From positions 16,128,001-16,192,000 of the forward strand of contig CP086569.2 in assembly GCA_009914755.4 (NCBI GenBank): a DNA stretch of 64,000 nucleotides, given 5' to 3'. The translations under genes and the position numbers were made by a program. Positions 40,100 through 50,580 of this stretch are shown here, in pieces; positions within the stretch are counted from its first letter, which is position 1, and the number at the start of each line of letters is the position of its first letter. The DNA comes from the human T2T-CHM13v2.0 reference genome, Homo sapiens. The notes beneath the pieces are model-generated. The model had not been told where the DNA came from. It made no database searches and saw only the letters and a list, made by a program, of their open reading frames with translations.

Positions 40100-42450
40100 T
40101 CGACAGAAAGGGAAGCCATGCAGCTCCGGGGTCCAAACAACAAGTTCGTTGACCCTGCAGCCATGAGCAGAACTCTCAAAGGCATGTCACCCAAGCGAGA
40201 CTTGACCATCTATCCTATCTATCCTAACCCTTGCCTCCTGGGTCCTAATGCCTGCCAGGCAAACTTCCTCTTGCCTCTCTTCTCTGAGGTTAGTCTCACT
40301 TCTAAAAATTGCTACCTGTGTCTTGTGTTTTCTAGTTTCCCCTATAAGAATGATTTCCAGTATAAACTCCAGGACTCTGTTACCTTTTTAGGCACTTGGG
40401 CTCACCAATCATAAAGACATAATTTTTGCCCAAAGCCCCATCATAGTGGGGACTACCTGGAATTTTAGGATCCCTCCTCAGACTAACAGGCCTAACAAAA
40501 GCTACTCCTGAACCTAGGATATGGGGAGCCTCAGAAATTGTATCCTTCCTATTCATATAAGTGAGGCAAAAGGTGTCACTCTTCCAACCCTGGAGATCCC
40601 TTCCCTCCCTCAGGGTACGGCCCTCCACTTCATTTTTGGGGCATAACACCTGTATAGGACACGGGTAAAGTCCCAATGTCAACAGGAGAATGCTTAGGAC
40701 TCTAACAGTTTTTTGAGAATGCATTGGTAAGGGCCACTGAATCCAATTTATCTCAGTCACTCCTCCTTGTGGTCTAGGAGAACAGGCAAAGGTGCAGGTT
40801 TTCCAGAATCCATTGGTAAGAGCCACTAAATCCGACCTTTCTCAGTCCTCCATGTGGTCTGGGAGGAAAACTAGTGTTTCTGCTGCTGCGTCAGTGAGCG
40901 CAACTATTATGATCAGCAGGGTCCAGGGGCCGTTGTGGGTTCCTGAGCAGGGGGAGAAACAAAACAAACCAAAACTACAGGCGGTTTTGTCTTTCAGATG
41001 GGAAACAGGTATCAACAGGCTCACCCTTGAAATGCATTCTAAGCCATTGGGACCAATTTAACCCACAAACCCTGAAAAAGTGGTGGCTCATTTTTTTCTG
41101 CACTACGACTTGGCCCCAATATTCTCTCTGATGGGGAAAAATGGCCACCTTAGGGAAGTATAAATTACAATAGTATCCTGCAGCTTGACCTTTTCTGTAA
41201 GAGGAAAGGCAAATGGAGTGAAATACCTTATGTCCAAACTTTCTTTTCATTAAGGGAGAATACACAACTATGCAAAGCTTATAATTTACATCCCACAGGA
41301 GGACCTCTCAGCTTACCCTCATATTCTAGCCTCCCTATAGCTTCCTTTTCTATAAATGACAATCCTCCTCTAATCTCCCCTGCCCAGAAGGAAATAAGCA
41401 AAGAAATCTCCAAAGGACCACAAAAACACCCGGGCTGTTGGTTATGTCCCCTTCAATCTGTAGGGGGAGGGGAATTTGGCCCAACCCCGGTACATGTCCC
41501 CTTCTCCCTCTCTGACTTAAAACAGATCAAGGCAGACCTCGGGGAAGTTTTCAGATGATCCTGATAGGTACATAGATGTCCTACAGGGTCTAGGGCAAAC
41601 CTTCAACCTTGCTTGGAGAGATGTCATGCTACTGTTAGATCAAACCTTGGCCTTTAATGAAAAAAATGTGGCTTTAGTTGCAGCCTGAGAGCTTGGAGAT
41701 ACCTGGTATCTTAGTCAAGGAAATAATAGAATGACAGCTGAAGAAAAGGACAAATTCCCTACCAGTCAGCAAGCCATCCCCAGTATGGATCCCCACTGGG
41801 ACCTTAACTCAGATCATGGGAACTGGATTCATAAACTTCTGTTGACCTATGTTCTAGAAGGACAAAGGAGAATTAGAAAAAGCCCATAAATTAGTCAATG
41901 ATGTCCACCATAACTCAGGGAAAGGAAGAAAATGCTTCCTTCCTCAAGCGGCTATGAGAGGCCCTAAGAAAATATACTCTCCTGTCACCCGAATCACTGG
42001 AGGGTCAATTGATTCTAAAACATATGTTTATTACCCAATCAGCCACAGATATCAGAAGAAAGCTCCAAAAGAAAGTCCTGGACCATGAACAAAATCTAGA
42101 GGCATTATTAAACCTGGCAACCTCGGTGTTCTATAATAGGGACCAAGAGGAACAGGACCAAAAGGAAAAGTGAGATCAGAGAAAGGCCGCAGCATGGCCC
42201 TAAGACAAACAAACCTTGGTGGTTCAGAGAGGACAGAAAATGGAGCAGGCCAATCACCCAGTAGGATTTGTTATCAGTATGGTTTACTAGGACACTTTTA
42301 AAAGAAAGTCCAATGAGAAACAAGCTGCCCCCTCCTCCATGTCCACTATGCTGAGGCAATCACTGGAAGGTGCACTGCCCCAGAGGATGAAGTTTCCCTG
42401 GGTCAGAAGCCCCCAACCAGATGATCCAACAACAGGACTGAGGGTGCCTG
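40100..42450 (+). pseudogene. HERV9 gag remnant, heavily degraded
   Basis: Position between PBS and protease. Fragmented frames with many stops. Called mainly from context. Confidence 0.5.
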
Positions 42451-42479
42451 GGGCAAGCACCAACTCATGTCATCACCCT

Positions 42480-42720
42480 CACTGAGCCCCGGGTATGTTT
42501 AACTATTGAGGGCCAGGAAATTGACTTCCTCCTGGACACTGGTGCAGCCTTCTCCGTGGTAATCTCCTGTCCTGGACGACTGTCCTCAAGGTCCGTTACC
42601 ATCTGGGGAGTCCTGGGACAGCCTGTAACCAGGTATTTCTCCCACCTCCTCAGTTGTAATTGGGAGACTGATCTTTTCACATGCCTGTCTTGTTATGCCT
42701 GAAAGTCTGACACCCTTATG
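42480..42720 (+). pseudogene. HERV9 protease remnant (DTGA active site retained)
   Basis: ...LTIEGQEIDFLLDTGAAFSVVISCPGRLSSRSVTIWGVLGQPV... The LLDTGA motif is encoded at about 42535-42552. Confidence 0.75.
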
Positions 42721-42799
42721 AGGGAGGGACATATTAGCCAAGGCTGGAGCTATTATCTACATGAATATGGGGACAAGTTACCCATTTGTTGCCCCCTAC

Positions 42800-43560
42800 T
42801 TGAGGAGGGAATCAACCCTGAAGTCTGGGCATTGGAAGGACAATTTGGAAGGGCAAAAAATGCCCACCCAGTCCAAATCAGGTTAAAAGATCCTATCACT
42901 TTTCCTTATAAAAGGCAATATCCCTTAAGGCCTGAAGCTCATAAAGGATTACCGAATATTGTTAAAACTTTGAAAGCTCAAGTCTTAGTAAAGAAATGCA
43001 GCAGTCCCTGCAACAACCCAATTCTGGGAGTACAATAACCGAACGGTTAGTGGAGACTAGTGCAAGATCTTAGACTCATGAATGAGGCAGTAATTCCTCT
43101 ATATCCAGTTGTACCAAACCCCTATACCCTGCTCTCTCAAATACCAGAAGAAGCAAAATGGTTCACGGTTCTGGACCTCAAGGTGGCCTTCTTCTGTATT
43201 TCCCTGCACTCTTACTCCCAGTTTTTCTTTGCCTTTGAGGATCCCACAGACCACACATCCCAACTTACATGGACGGTCTTGCCCCAAAGGTTTAGGGATA
43301 GATCTCACCTCTTTGGTCAGGCACTGGCCCAAAATCTAGGCCACTTCTCAAGTCCAGGCATTTTGGCCCTTCAATATGTGGATGATTTACTGTTGGCTAC
43401 CAGTTCAGAAGCCTCATGCCAGCAGGCTGCTCTCGATCTCTTGAACTTTCTAGCTAATCAAGGGTACAAGGTGTCTAGGTTGAAGGCCCAGGTTTCCCTA
43501 CAGCAGGTCAAATATCTAGGCCTAATAGCCAGAGAGACCAGGGCCTTCAGCAAGAAATGA
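42800..43560 (+). pseudogene. HERV9 reverse transcriptase remnant
   Basis: 106-aa and 166-aa ORFs: ...KCSSPCNNPILGVQ / MQDLRLMNEAVIPLYPVVPNPYTLLSQIPEEAKWFTVLDLKVAFFCISLHSYSQFFFAFEDPTDHTSQLTWTVLPQRFRDRSHLFGQALAQNL...LQYVDDLLLATSSE... YVDD is encoded at 43375-43386. Confidence 0.85.
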
Positions 43561-44049
43561 ATGCAGCCTATACTGGCTTACCCTTTCCCTAAGACATTAA
43601 AACAGTTGCGGGTGTTCCTGGAATTACCGGCTTTTGCTGACTATGGATCCCCGGATGCAGGGAGATATCCATGCCCCTCTACACTCTAATCAAGGAAACC
43701 CAGAAGGCAAATACTCATCTAGTAGAATGGGAACCAGAGGCAGAAACAGCCTTCAAAACCTTAAAGCAGGCCCTAGTACAAGCTCTAGTTTTAAGCCTTC
43801 CCACAGGACAAAACTTCTCTTTATACATCACAGAGAGAGCTGGGATAGCTCCTGGAGTCCTTACTCAGACTCAGGGGACAACCCTACAACCAGTGGCATA
43901 CCTAAGTAAGGAAATTGATGTAGTGGCAAAAGGCTGGCCTCACTGTTTAAGGGCAGTTGCAGCAGTGGCTGTGTTAGTGTCACAGGCTATTCAAAATAAT
44001 ACAAGGAAAGGATCTCACTGTCTGGACTACTCATGATGTAAATGGCATG

Positions 44050-44650
44050 CTAGGTGCCAAAAGAAGTTTATGGCTATCAGACAACCGCCTACTTAGATAC
44101 CAAGTGCTACTCTTTGACGGACTGGTGCTTCAAATATGCACATTGATGGCCCTCATCCCTGCCACTTTTCTCCCAGAGGATGGGAAGCCAATCGAGCATG
44201 ACTGCCAACAAATTGTAGTCCAGACTTATGCTGCCCAAGATGATCTCTTAGAAGTCCCCTTAACTAATCCTGAGCTTAACCTATATACCGATGGAAGTTC
44301 ATCTGTGGAAAATGGGATATGAGGGGCAGGTTACACCATAGTTAGTGATGTAACCATACTTGAAAGTAAGCCTCTTCCCCCAGGAACCAGTGCCCAGTTA
44401 AGAGAACTAGTGGCACCTACCCGAGACTTAGAACTGGAAAAGAAAAAAAGAATAAATGTGTATACAGATTGCAAGTATGCTCATCTAATCCTACATGCCC
44501 ATGCTGCAATATGGAAAGAGAGGGAGTTCCTAGCCTCTGGGGGAACCCCCATTAAATACCCCAAGGAAATTATGGAGTTATTGCATGCCATACAAAAACC
44601 CTAGGAGGTGGGAGTCTTATACTGCAAAAGCCATGCAAATGGGAAGGAGA
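44050..44650 (+). pseudogene. HERV9 RT connection and RNase H remnant
   Basis: ...NLYTDGSSSVENGI.GAGYTIVSDVTILESKPLPPGTSAQLRELVA...RINVYTDCKYAHLILHAHAAIWKEREFLASGGTPIKYPKEIMELLHAIQKP.EVGVLYCKSHANGKE matches the gammaretroviral RNase H (YTDGSS..AG.SAQ.AEL.AL..A....N.YTDS.YAF... IHCPGHQKG). Confidence 0.8.
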
Positions 44651-44940
44651 GGGGAGAACAGCAACATTAGCAGCTGGCAGAGGTAGGGAAAAACCAGTAA
44701 GAAGGAAAGAGAGAAAGAGAAAGTCAGAGACAGAGAGAGGAAGAAACAGAGAAGAAGAGACAGAGAGACAGAAAGTAAAGTAAGGAAAGAGAGGAAGAAA
44801 CTAAAGGGGAGTCAGAGAGAAAGAGAGAGACAAAGATGGAGTCAGAGAGAAAGAGAGGCAGATACAGAAAGTTGGAGAGTCAGAAAGAGAGGAGGAATCA
44901 AAGAAGAAGTCAAAGAGAAAGAAAGAGAGATGGAAGTAGT
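44640..44940. repeat. GA-rich (purine-rich) low-complexity tract at the site of the integrase/env-SU deletion
   Basis: About 300 bp of ag/aga/gaga-rich sequence (gaaggaaagagagaaagagaaagtcagagacagagagaggaagaaacagagaagaagagacagagagacagaaag...). Directly follows the RNase H end and precedes env TM. The 77-aa K/R/E-rich ORF at 44836-45069 comes from this tract. Confidence 0.85.
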
Positions 44941-45059
44941 AAAGAGGAAAACAGTGGACCCTATTCCTTTAAAAGCCAGGGTAAAGTTCTGTCTACTCAG
45001 CCAGGGCATATTCTGCTCATGTGGATCTTCAACCCATATCTGCCACTCAAGGCAGTTTG

Positions 45060-45600
45060 CAAGAAATAACGAAATCCATTTTTAATTTACAGTCCCAAAT
45101 AGACTCGTTGGCAGTAGTGACTCTCCAAAACTGCTGAGGCCTAGAGCTCTTCACTGCTGAGAAAGGAGGACTGTGCACATTCTTAGGGGAAGAGTGTTGT
45201 TTTCACACTAACCAGTTGGGGATAGTACAAGATGTGGCCCGGTATTTACAGGAAAAGGCTTCTGAAATCAGATAATGCCTTTCAAACTCTTATACCAACC
45301 TCTGGAGCTGGGCAACGTGGCTTCTCCCCTTTCTAGTTCCTGTGGCAGCCATCTTGCTGTTACTTGCCTTTGGACCCTTTATTTTTAACCTTGTCAAATT
45401 TGTTTCCTCTAGAATAGAGGTCATCAAGTTACAGATGTTCTTACAAATGGAACCCCAAATGAATTCAACTAGCAACTTCTACTGAGGAACCCCGTACCAA
45501 CCCACTGGCACTTTTACTGGCCTAGAGAGTTCCCCTGTGGAGGACACTACAACTGCAGGGCCCCTTGTTTGCCCCTATCCAGCAGGAAGCAGCTAGAGCA
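45060..45600 (+). pseudogene. HERV9 env TM (transmembrane subunit) remnant
   Basis: ...QSQIDSLAVVTLQNC.GLELFTAEKGGLCTFLGEECCFHTNQLGIVQDVARYLQEKASE... is the gamma-type immunosuppressive-domain/CX6CC motif region. ...WATWLLPFLVPVAAILLLLAFGPFIFNLVKFVSSRIEVIKLQMFLQMEP is the membrane-spanning and cytoplasmic tail. Confidence 0.8.
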
Positions 45601-45654
45601 GTCATTGGCCAAATTCTCAATAGCAGTTGGGGTGTCCTGTTTAGAGGGGGGGAT

Positions 45655-46905
45655 TGAGAGGTGACAGCATGCTAGCAGCCCTCACAGCCCTCACTCACTC
45701 TCAGCACCTCCTCAGCCTTGGAACTCACTCTGGCCATGCTTGAGGAGCCCTTCAGCCCATGGCTGCACTGTGGGAGCCCCTTCCTGGACTGGCTGAGGCC
45801 AGAGCCGGTTCCCTCAGCTTATGGGGAACTGTGGAGGGAGAAGCATGGGCAGAAACTGGGGCTGCGAGTGGCACTTGCAGGTCAGCATGAGTTCCAAGTG
45901 GCTGTGGGCTCTGCAGGCCTCACACTTGGAGCAGCCGCCCGGCCCGCAAGCCCCAGCCAGTGAGGGGCTTAGCACTGGGCCAGCAGCTGCTGTGCTCGAA
46001 TTCTCACCGGGCCATAGCTGCCTCCCCATGGGGCAGGGCTTGGAACCTGCAGCCCACCATGTCTGTGTCTCTCCCACCACTGTGGGCTTCTGCATGGCCC
46101 AAGCCTCCCCGATGAGCACTACTCTCTGCTCCACAGTGCCCAGTCCCATTGAACACCCAAGGGCTGAGGAGTGTGGGCGCACAGCTTGGGACAGGAAGGC
46201 AGCTCCATCTGTGGCCCTGGTGTGGGATCCACTGGGCTCCTGAGTCTGGTGGGGACTTGGAGAATCTTTATGTATAGCTAAGGGATTGTAAATACACCAA
46301 TTGGCACTCTGTACCTAGCTCAAGGTTTGTAAACACATCAATCAGCATCCTGTGTCTAACTCAGCATTTGTGAATGCACCAATCGACACTCTGTATTTAG
46401 CTACTCTAGTGGGGACGTGGAGAACTTTTGTGTCTAGCTCAGGGATTGTAAACACACCAACCAACACCCTGTCAAAATGAACCAATTAGCTCTCTGTAAA
46501 ACAGACCAGTCGGCTCTCTGTAAAATGGACCAATCAGCAGGATGTGAGTGGGGCTGGATAAAAGAATAAAACAGGCTGCCTGGGCCAGCAGTGGCAATCC
46601 ACTGGAGTCCCCTTCCACACTGTGGAAGCTTTGTTCTTTCATTCTTTGCAATAAATATTGCTACTGCTCACTCTTTGGGTCCACACTGCCTTTATGAGCT
46701 GTAACACTCACTGCAAAGGTCTGCAGCTTCACTCCTGAGCCAGCAAGACAAGGAACCCACCAGAAGGAAGAAACTCTGAACACACCCGAACTCAGAAAGA
46801 AAAAACTCCGACACGCCACCTTTAAGAACTGTAACACTCACCGTGAGGGTCCATGGCTTCATTCTTGAAGTCAGTGAGACCAAGAACCCAACAATTCCGG
46901 ACACA
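45655..46905 (+). mobile_element. LTR12 (HERV9 LTR), 3' copy
   Basis: Collinear with the 5' copy from gagaggtgacagcatgctagcagccctcacagccc to ...ccaacaattccggacaca. Roughly 8-10% divergent from the 5' copy by eye. Same CCAAT-repeat U3 and duplicated ctgtaacactcac.g..gg.tc..ggcttca R/U5 unit. Confidence 0.9.
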
Positions 46906-47400
46906 GTATGGTATTGCTTAAAATAAGACACACCCCTTCTAAGAAAACAGGATAATGCCCTTATGAAATACTGTATCATAGGCCTCCTCCTATACTATGG
47001 GGAATTCCAGGCAGTCCCTGAGAGTTAGGTGGAATTGAATTACAGCGACAGCCACAGGCTTTGGGGAAAATTACACAGACAATCTCAACTTGGGCAAATG
47101 AGAGGTGTCCCATCAGCTTATTCTCTCCAGTTCACCCTTTCTCTCCAAGTGATCACATGTGGATCAAGGACTGGAACGCAGCCCCTTTGCGGCCATGGTG
47201 GAAAGGACCTCAGACCATCATCCTGACCACCCCCACGGCTGCAAAGATAGAAGGAATCCCAGCATGGATCCACCACAGCTGTGTGAAACCTGCAGCCAAT
47301 GAAACCTGGGAGGCAAAACCGAGCCCAGACAACCCCTGCAAAGTGACTCTGAGGAGGACGACAAGCCCTGTTCCAGTCACACCCAGAAGCTGACTGGTCT
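46906..47400 (+). pseudogene. HERV-E-like integrase C-terminal remnant, resuming after the HERV9 insert
   Basis: ..PYEILYH.PPP... then the 110-aa ORF at 47061-47393 ...HMWIKDWNAAPLRPWWKGPQTIILTTPTAAKIEGIPAWIHHSCVKPAA... matches the MLV integrase C-terminus (..W.GPY.VLLTTPTA.KV.GI.AWIHA.HVK.A). Confidence 0.85.
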
Positions 47401-47415
47401 ACGCATGGCTGAAGC

Positions 47416-48595
47416 ATGAGGAGGATCATCATGGGACTCATTTTCCTTATAATTTGGACTTGTTTAGTAAAAACTTCCACTGATTTTCCCCACTTGGAGG
47501 ACTGCTCTCACTGTATACATCAGGTTACTGAGGTAGGGTGACAAGTTAAAAAAATCTTTCTGTTCTAAAGCTTTTATGAATGCCTAGGAAGTTTAAAAGG
47601 AACATGTTTATATAATGACACTCAGTACAAGGTATGTAGCCCAGGAAATGACCAGGCAGACATGGGTTATGAACCCTCTGAACCTCTCATGGCCACAGTT
47701 TTTGAAATAAGATTAAGGACTGAAGATTGATGGGGACTCATAAATGATTCAAGTAAAGTATTAGCCAGAACAGAAGAAAAAGGAGTGCCCAAATGCATAA
47801 TCTTGAAATTTCATGCCAGTGCTGTAATTAATAGCAATAAGTTAGGAAGGGGATGTGGCTCTTTTGAGCTACTGCCAATAAAAACAGGTGAACTCCTGGG
47901 CTTCCCTGTCTATACTTCCTGTGAGAAGAGAAGCATAGCTATAGGAAATTGAAAAGATGATGAATGGCCCCCTGAGAGAATCATACAATATAATGAGCCT
48001 ACTACTTGGCATGGGATGGCTTGTGGGGATACCGGACCCGGTTTTACATGATCAACCAAATCATATGGTTACAAGCTATCTTAGAAATAATCACTAATAA
48101 AACTGACAGAGCCTTGACTATTCTGGCCCAGCAAGAAACTCAGATGAGAAATGCTATCAATCAAAATAGATTGGCTCTTGACTACTTGCCAGCAGCTGAA
48201 GGAGGCATCTGTGGGAAATTTAACTTTACTAATTGCTGTCTACACATTGATGATCAAGGGCAAGTAGTCGAAGACATAGTCAGAGAAATAACAAAACTGT
48301 CACATGTGCCCTTGCAAGTGGGGCATGGATTTGATCCTGGGGCCATGTTTGGAAAATGGTTCCTAGTGCTAGGAGGATTTAAAACTCTTATAATAAAGAG
48401 TTATCATAGTAATAGGAACCTGCTTACGGCTCCTTTGTTTGCTACCTGTACTTCTTCAAATGATAAAAAGCTTCATCACTATCTTAGTTCACCAAAATGC
48501 ATCAGCACAAGTGTACTATAAGAATCACTATCAGTCTATCTTGCAAGAAGTCATGAGTAGTGAGGATGAAAGTGAGAACTCCCACTAATGAGTGA
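47416..48595 (+). pseudogene. env remnant of the HERV-E-like provirus (signal peptide, degraded SU, TM with CX6CC)
   Basis: Begins MRRIIMGLIFLIIWTCLVKTS (signal-peptide-like). The SU region has many stops. The 171-aa ORF at 48006-48521 carries ...[42 protein letters not shown]..., the gamma-type TM immunosuppressive-domain/CX6CC motif. Confidence 0.8.
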
Positions 48596-48612
48596 GGGTC
48601 TCAAAGGTGGGG

Positions 48613-49073
48613 AATAAGGGAGGAGACCACCCCTCATATTGTCTTATGCCCAATTTCAGCCTCCAAAGAAAGAAGTAAAAACTAAAAGGCAGAAATGAAA
48701 TCCAAAGGCAGACAACCCAGAGCTACACCCTCAGCCCAGTAGTTAAAGATTGACCCCCAACCTAACCATTTATGTTCTCTATAGATTTCAGATATTGTAT
48801 GGAAAGGCACTGTGAAAATTCCTGTCCTGTTCTGTTCCATTCTCATTACTGGTGCATGCAGCCCCCAGTCACGTACCCCCTACTCGCTCAATGGATCACG
48901 ACCCTCTCACGTGGACCCCTTAGAGTTGTAAGCGCTTAAGAGGACAGGAATTGCTCACTCAGAGAGCTCGGTTTTTAAGATGTGAGTCTTGCTGATGCTC
49001 CCAGCAGAAAAAAAGCCCTTCCTTCTTTAACTTGGTGTCTGAGAGGTTTTGTCTGCAACTCGTCCTCCTACAC
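48613..49073 (+). mobile_element. 3' LTR of the HERV-E-like provirus
   Basis: Collinear with 33241-33696. Ends ...gtcctcctaca immediately before the ccag repeat. Confidence 0.8.
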
Positions 49074-49097
49074 CAGGAGGATTAAAATATACTAGTC

Positions 49098-49415
49098 AAG
49101 GTGTACTGGCTCATGCCTTTAATCCCAGTACTTTGGGAGGACCAGGAATGAGGATCTCTTGAGCCTAGGAGTTCAAGACCAGCATGGACGATATAGTGAG
49201 ATCCAGCCTTTACAAAATAAAATAAAATTAGCTGGGTGTGGTGGCATGCCTATAGTCTCAGCTTCTTGGGAGGCTGAAGCAGAAGATCACTTGAGCCCAC
49301 GAGTTTGGGGCTTCAGTGAGCTACACTCTACTGTATAATCCACTGTACTCTATCCTGGGCAAAAGAGAGAGACCCTGTCTCAAAAAATTAAAAAATAAAA
49401 CAAAGTCAAGGGAGA
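49098..49415 (+). mobile_element. Alu SINE (AluJ-like), sense, about 25 bp downstream of the provirus
   Basis: gtcaaggtgtactggctcatgcctttaatcccagtactttgggaggaccaggaatgaggatctcttgagcctaggagttcaagaccagcatgg ... ttagctgggtgtggtggcatgcctatagtctcagcttcttgggaggctgaagcagaagatcacttgagcccacgagtttgggg. Confidence 0.85.
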
Positions 49416-49559
49416 GAAAACTCTTGATCTTTAAGTTGTATAGCATGTTCTTATATTTGTATTGACCACGCTGTTAAAAAGAAAATAGATAGGCACATTC
49501 TTCTCTTTAAAACCTCAAAAATATTAGGCTTATTCAGAGAAGAAAAGAAAAAAATACTT

Positions 49560-49715
49560 TGTGTGTATATATACATGGGAACATACATATTATTGATCAG
49601 CATCACATTATATGCATGAATATATATGTGTGTGTGTGTATATGTTTGTATGTGTATACACACACAAAGGATTGTGTGTATGCCTTTGTGCATATATATA
49701 TATACACACACATCA
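49560..49715. repeat. (TG)n/(TA)n-rich compound low-complexity repeat
   Basis: gtgtgtatatatacatggg...atatatgtgtgtgtgtgtatatgtttgtatgtgtatacacacacaaagg...tgcatatatatatatacacacacatc. The 86-aa minus ORF and 62-aa plus ORF here are repeat read-through. Confidence 0.85.
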
Positions 49716-50197
49716 AAATCTAGATTATCTATTTAAACTTTTAAAAGTCCATCAAACCACACCATGTCTATACTACATAAGATATAATCTAGACTCATAA
49801 ACTTCTTACACCACAGAGTGTTTAAGTGTATACATGTATATTTAGATACAGATATAAAAGTTTCAGTAGTCCAGGCACTGTTTCACTAAAAATGGCTGCA
49901 TGGATTCTCACCAAACAAAGAAGGCAGGGATAGGCTTGTCCAATACAGGCTTCATGGCTTGCATGGAGTACACAGACAGACAATCGTTCCTCAAAACAGC
50001 CAAAAAGTTGATTTGCAACTTAGTTGCTTTGCACCTGAGTGAGTCCTCATCCTAGGCTTTAAGGTGGGAAGTAGCAGGACCTCATGGGAGAACAAAGGTG
50101 AATGACTTCCCCAATTATCTCATCTCTGGATGGGAGGCTGGCTGGATAAACATATACACATGCATGCACACATCATCACTACTAAGAATAACAACTG

Positions 50198-50490
50198 CTC
50201 AGTCACAGTGGCTCACACCTGTAATCCCAGCAGTTTGGGAGGCTGAGGTGGGCAGATCACCTGAGGTCAGGAGTTCAAGACCAGCCCTGGCCAACATGGT
50301 GAAACTGCCTCTCTACTAAAAATATAGATATTAGCCAGGCATTGTGGTGGGCACCTGTAATTTCAGCTACTTAGAGATTGAGGCAGGAGAATTGATTGAA
50401 GCCAGGAGATGGAGGTTGCAGCAAGCCAAGATTTTGCCACTGCACTCCAGCCTGGGTGACAGATCAAGACTCTACCTCAAAATAAATAAA
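50198..50490 (+). mobile_element. Alu SINE (AluS-like), sense
   Basis: cagtcacagtggctcacacctgtaatcccagcagtttgggaggctgaggtgggcagatcacctgaggtcaggagttcaagaccagccctggccaacatggtgaaactgcctctctactaaaaata ... gccactgcactccagcctgggtgacagatcaagactctacctcaaaataaataaaatg. Confidence 0.9.
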
Positions 50491-50580
50491 ATGATAAGAT
50501 GAGATGTGATGAGATGAGATGAGATGAGATGAGATGAGATGAGATGACATGAGATGAGATATGGTAAGATGAGATAAGAT
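50491..50580. repeat. (ATGAG)n pentanucleotide tandem repeat, about 14 units, abutting the Alu tail
   Basis: ataagatgagatgtgatgagatgagatgagatgagatgagatgagatgagatgacatgagatgagatatggtaagatgagataagatg. Confidence 0.9.

Larger units (their letters stand above)
38519..46905 (+). mobile_element. HERV9 (ERV9) provirus flanked by LTR12 LTRs, nested inside the HERV-E-like integrase gene; internally deleted
   Basis: 1.27 kb and 1.25 kb LTR12 copies bracket gag-pro-pol-(deletion)-env TM. PBS-like 18-mer after the 5' LTR; purine tract agagggggggatt before the 3' LTR. Candidate 4-bp target-site duplication tatg at 38517-38520 and 46907-46910. Host integrase frame resumes immediately after: PYEILY at about 46958-46975. 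Confidence 0.9.
33241..49073 (+). mobile_element. Class I (gammaretrovirus-like) endogenous retrovirus provirus, HERV-E-like (tRNA-Glu PBS), carrying a nested HERV9 provirus
   Basis: Two homologous 460-bp LTRs (33241-33696 and 48613-49073) share ...aagggaggagaccacccct.atatt...ggtgcatgcagcccccagtcac...ggaattgctcactcag.gagct.ggttttta.ga...tgagtcttgc..atgct.ccagc.gaa.aaagcccttccttctttaacttggtgtctgag.ggttttgtctg. A PBS lies just 3' of the 5' LTR. Recognisable gag (PFTSADLNWKNNTPSYT..ALIDLLQTI; CCHC zinc knuckle CDYCNEIEHWKDKC), pro, RT (..LLPVPKPGT.DFQLVQDLYLVNQATV..VPNPYTLLGLLPA..WFTCLDLKDAFF...YMDDLLL), RNase H, integrase and env TM (CX6CC) follow in order. 4-bp direct repeat ccag at 33237-33240 and 49074-49077 is the candidate target-site duplication. 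Family call of HERV-E rests on the PBS and gag motifs only. Confidence 0.85.

Noticed and set aside
40380-40826. 148-aa minus-strand ORF inside the HERV9 gag region
   Set aside because: Antisense to the retroviral gag remnant. No motif, no start context. Chance ORF in degraded sequence.
44836-45069. 77-aa K/R/E-rich ORF (MESERKRGRYRKLESQKERRNQRRSQRERKRDGSSKEE...), superficially like a basic nuclear protein
   Set aside because: Produced by translating the GA-rich microsatellite-like tract in the HERV9 deletion scar. Not a protein domain.
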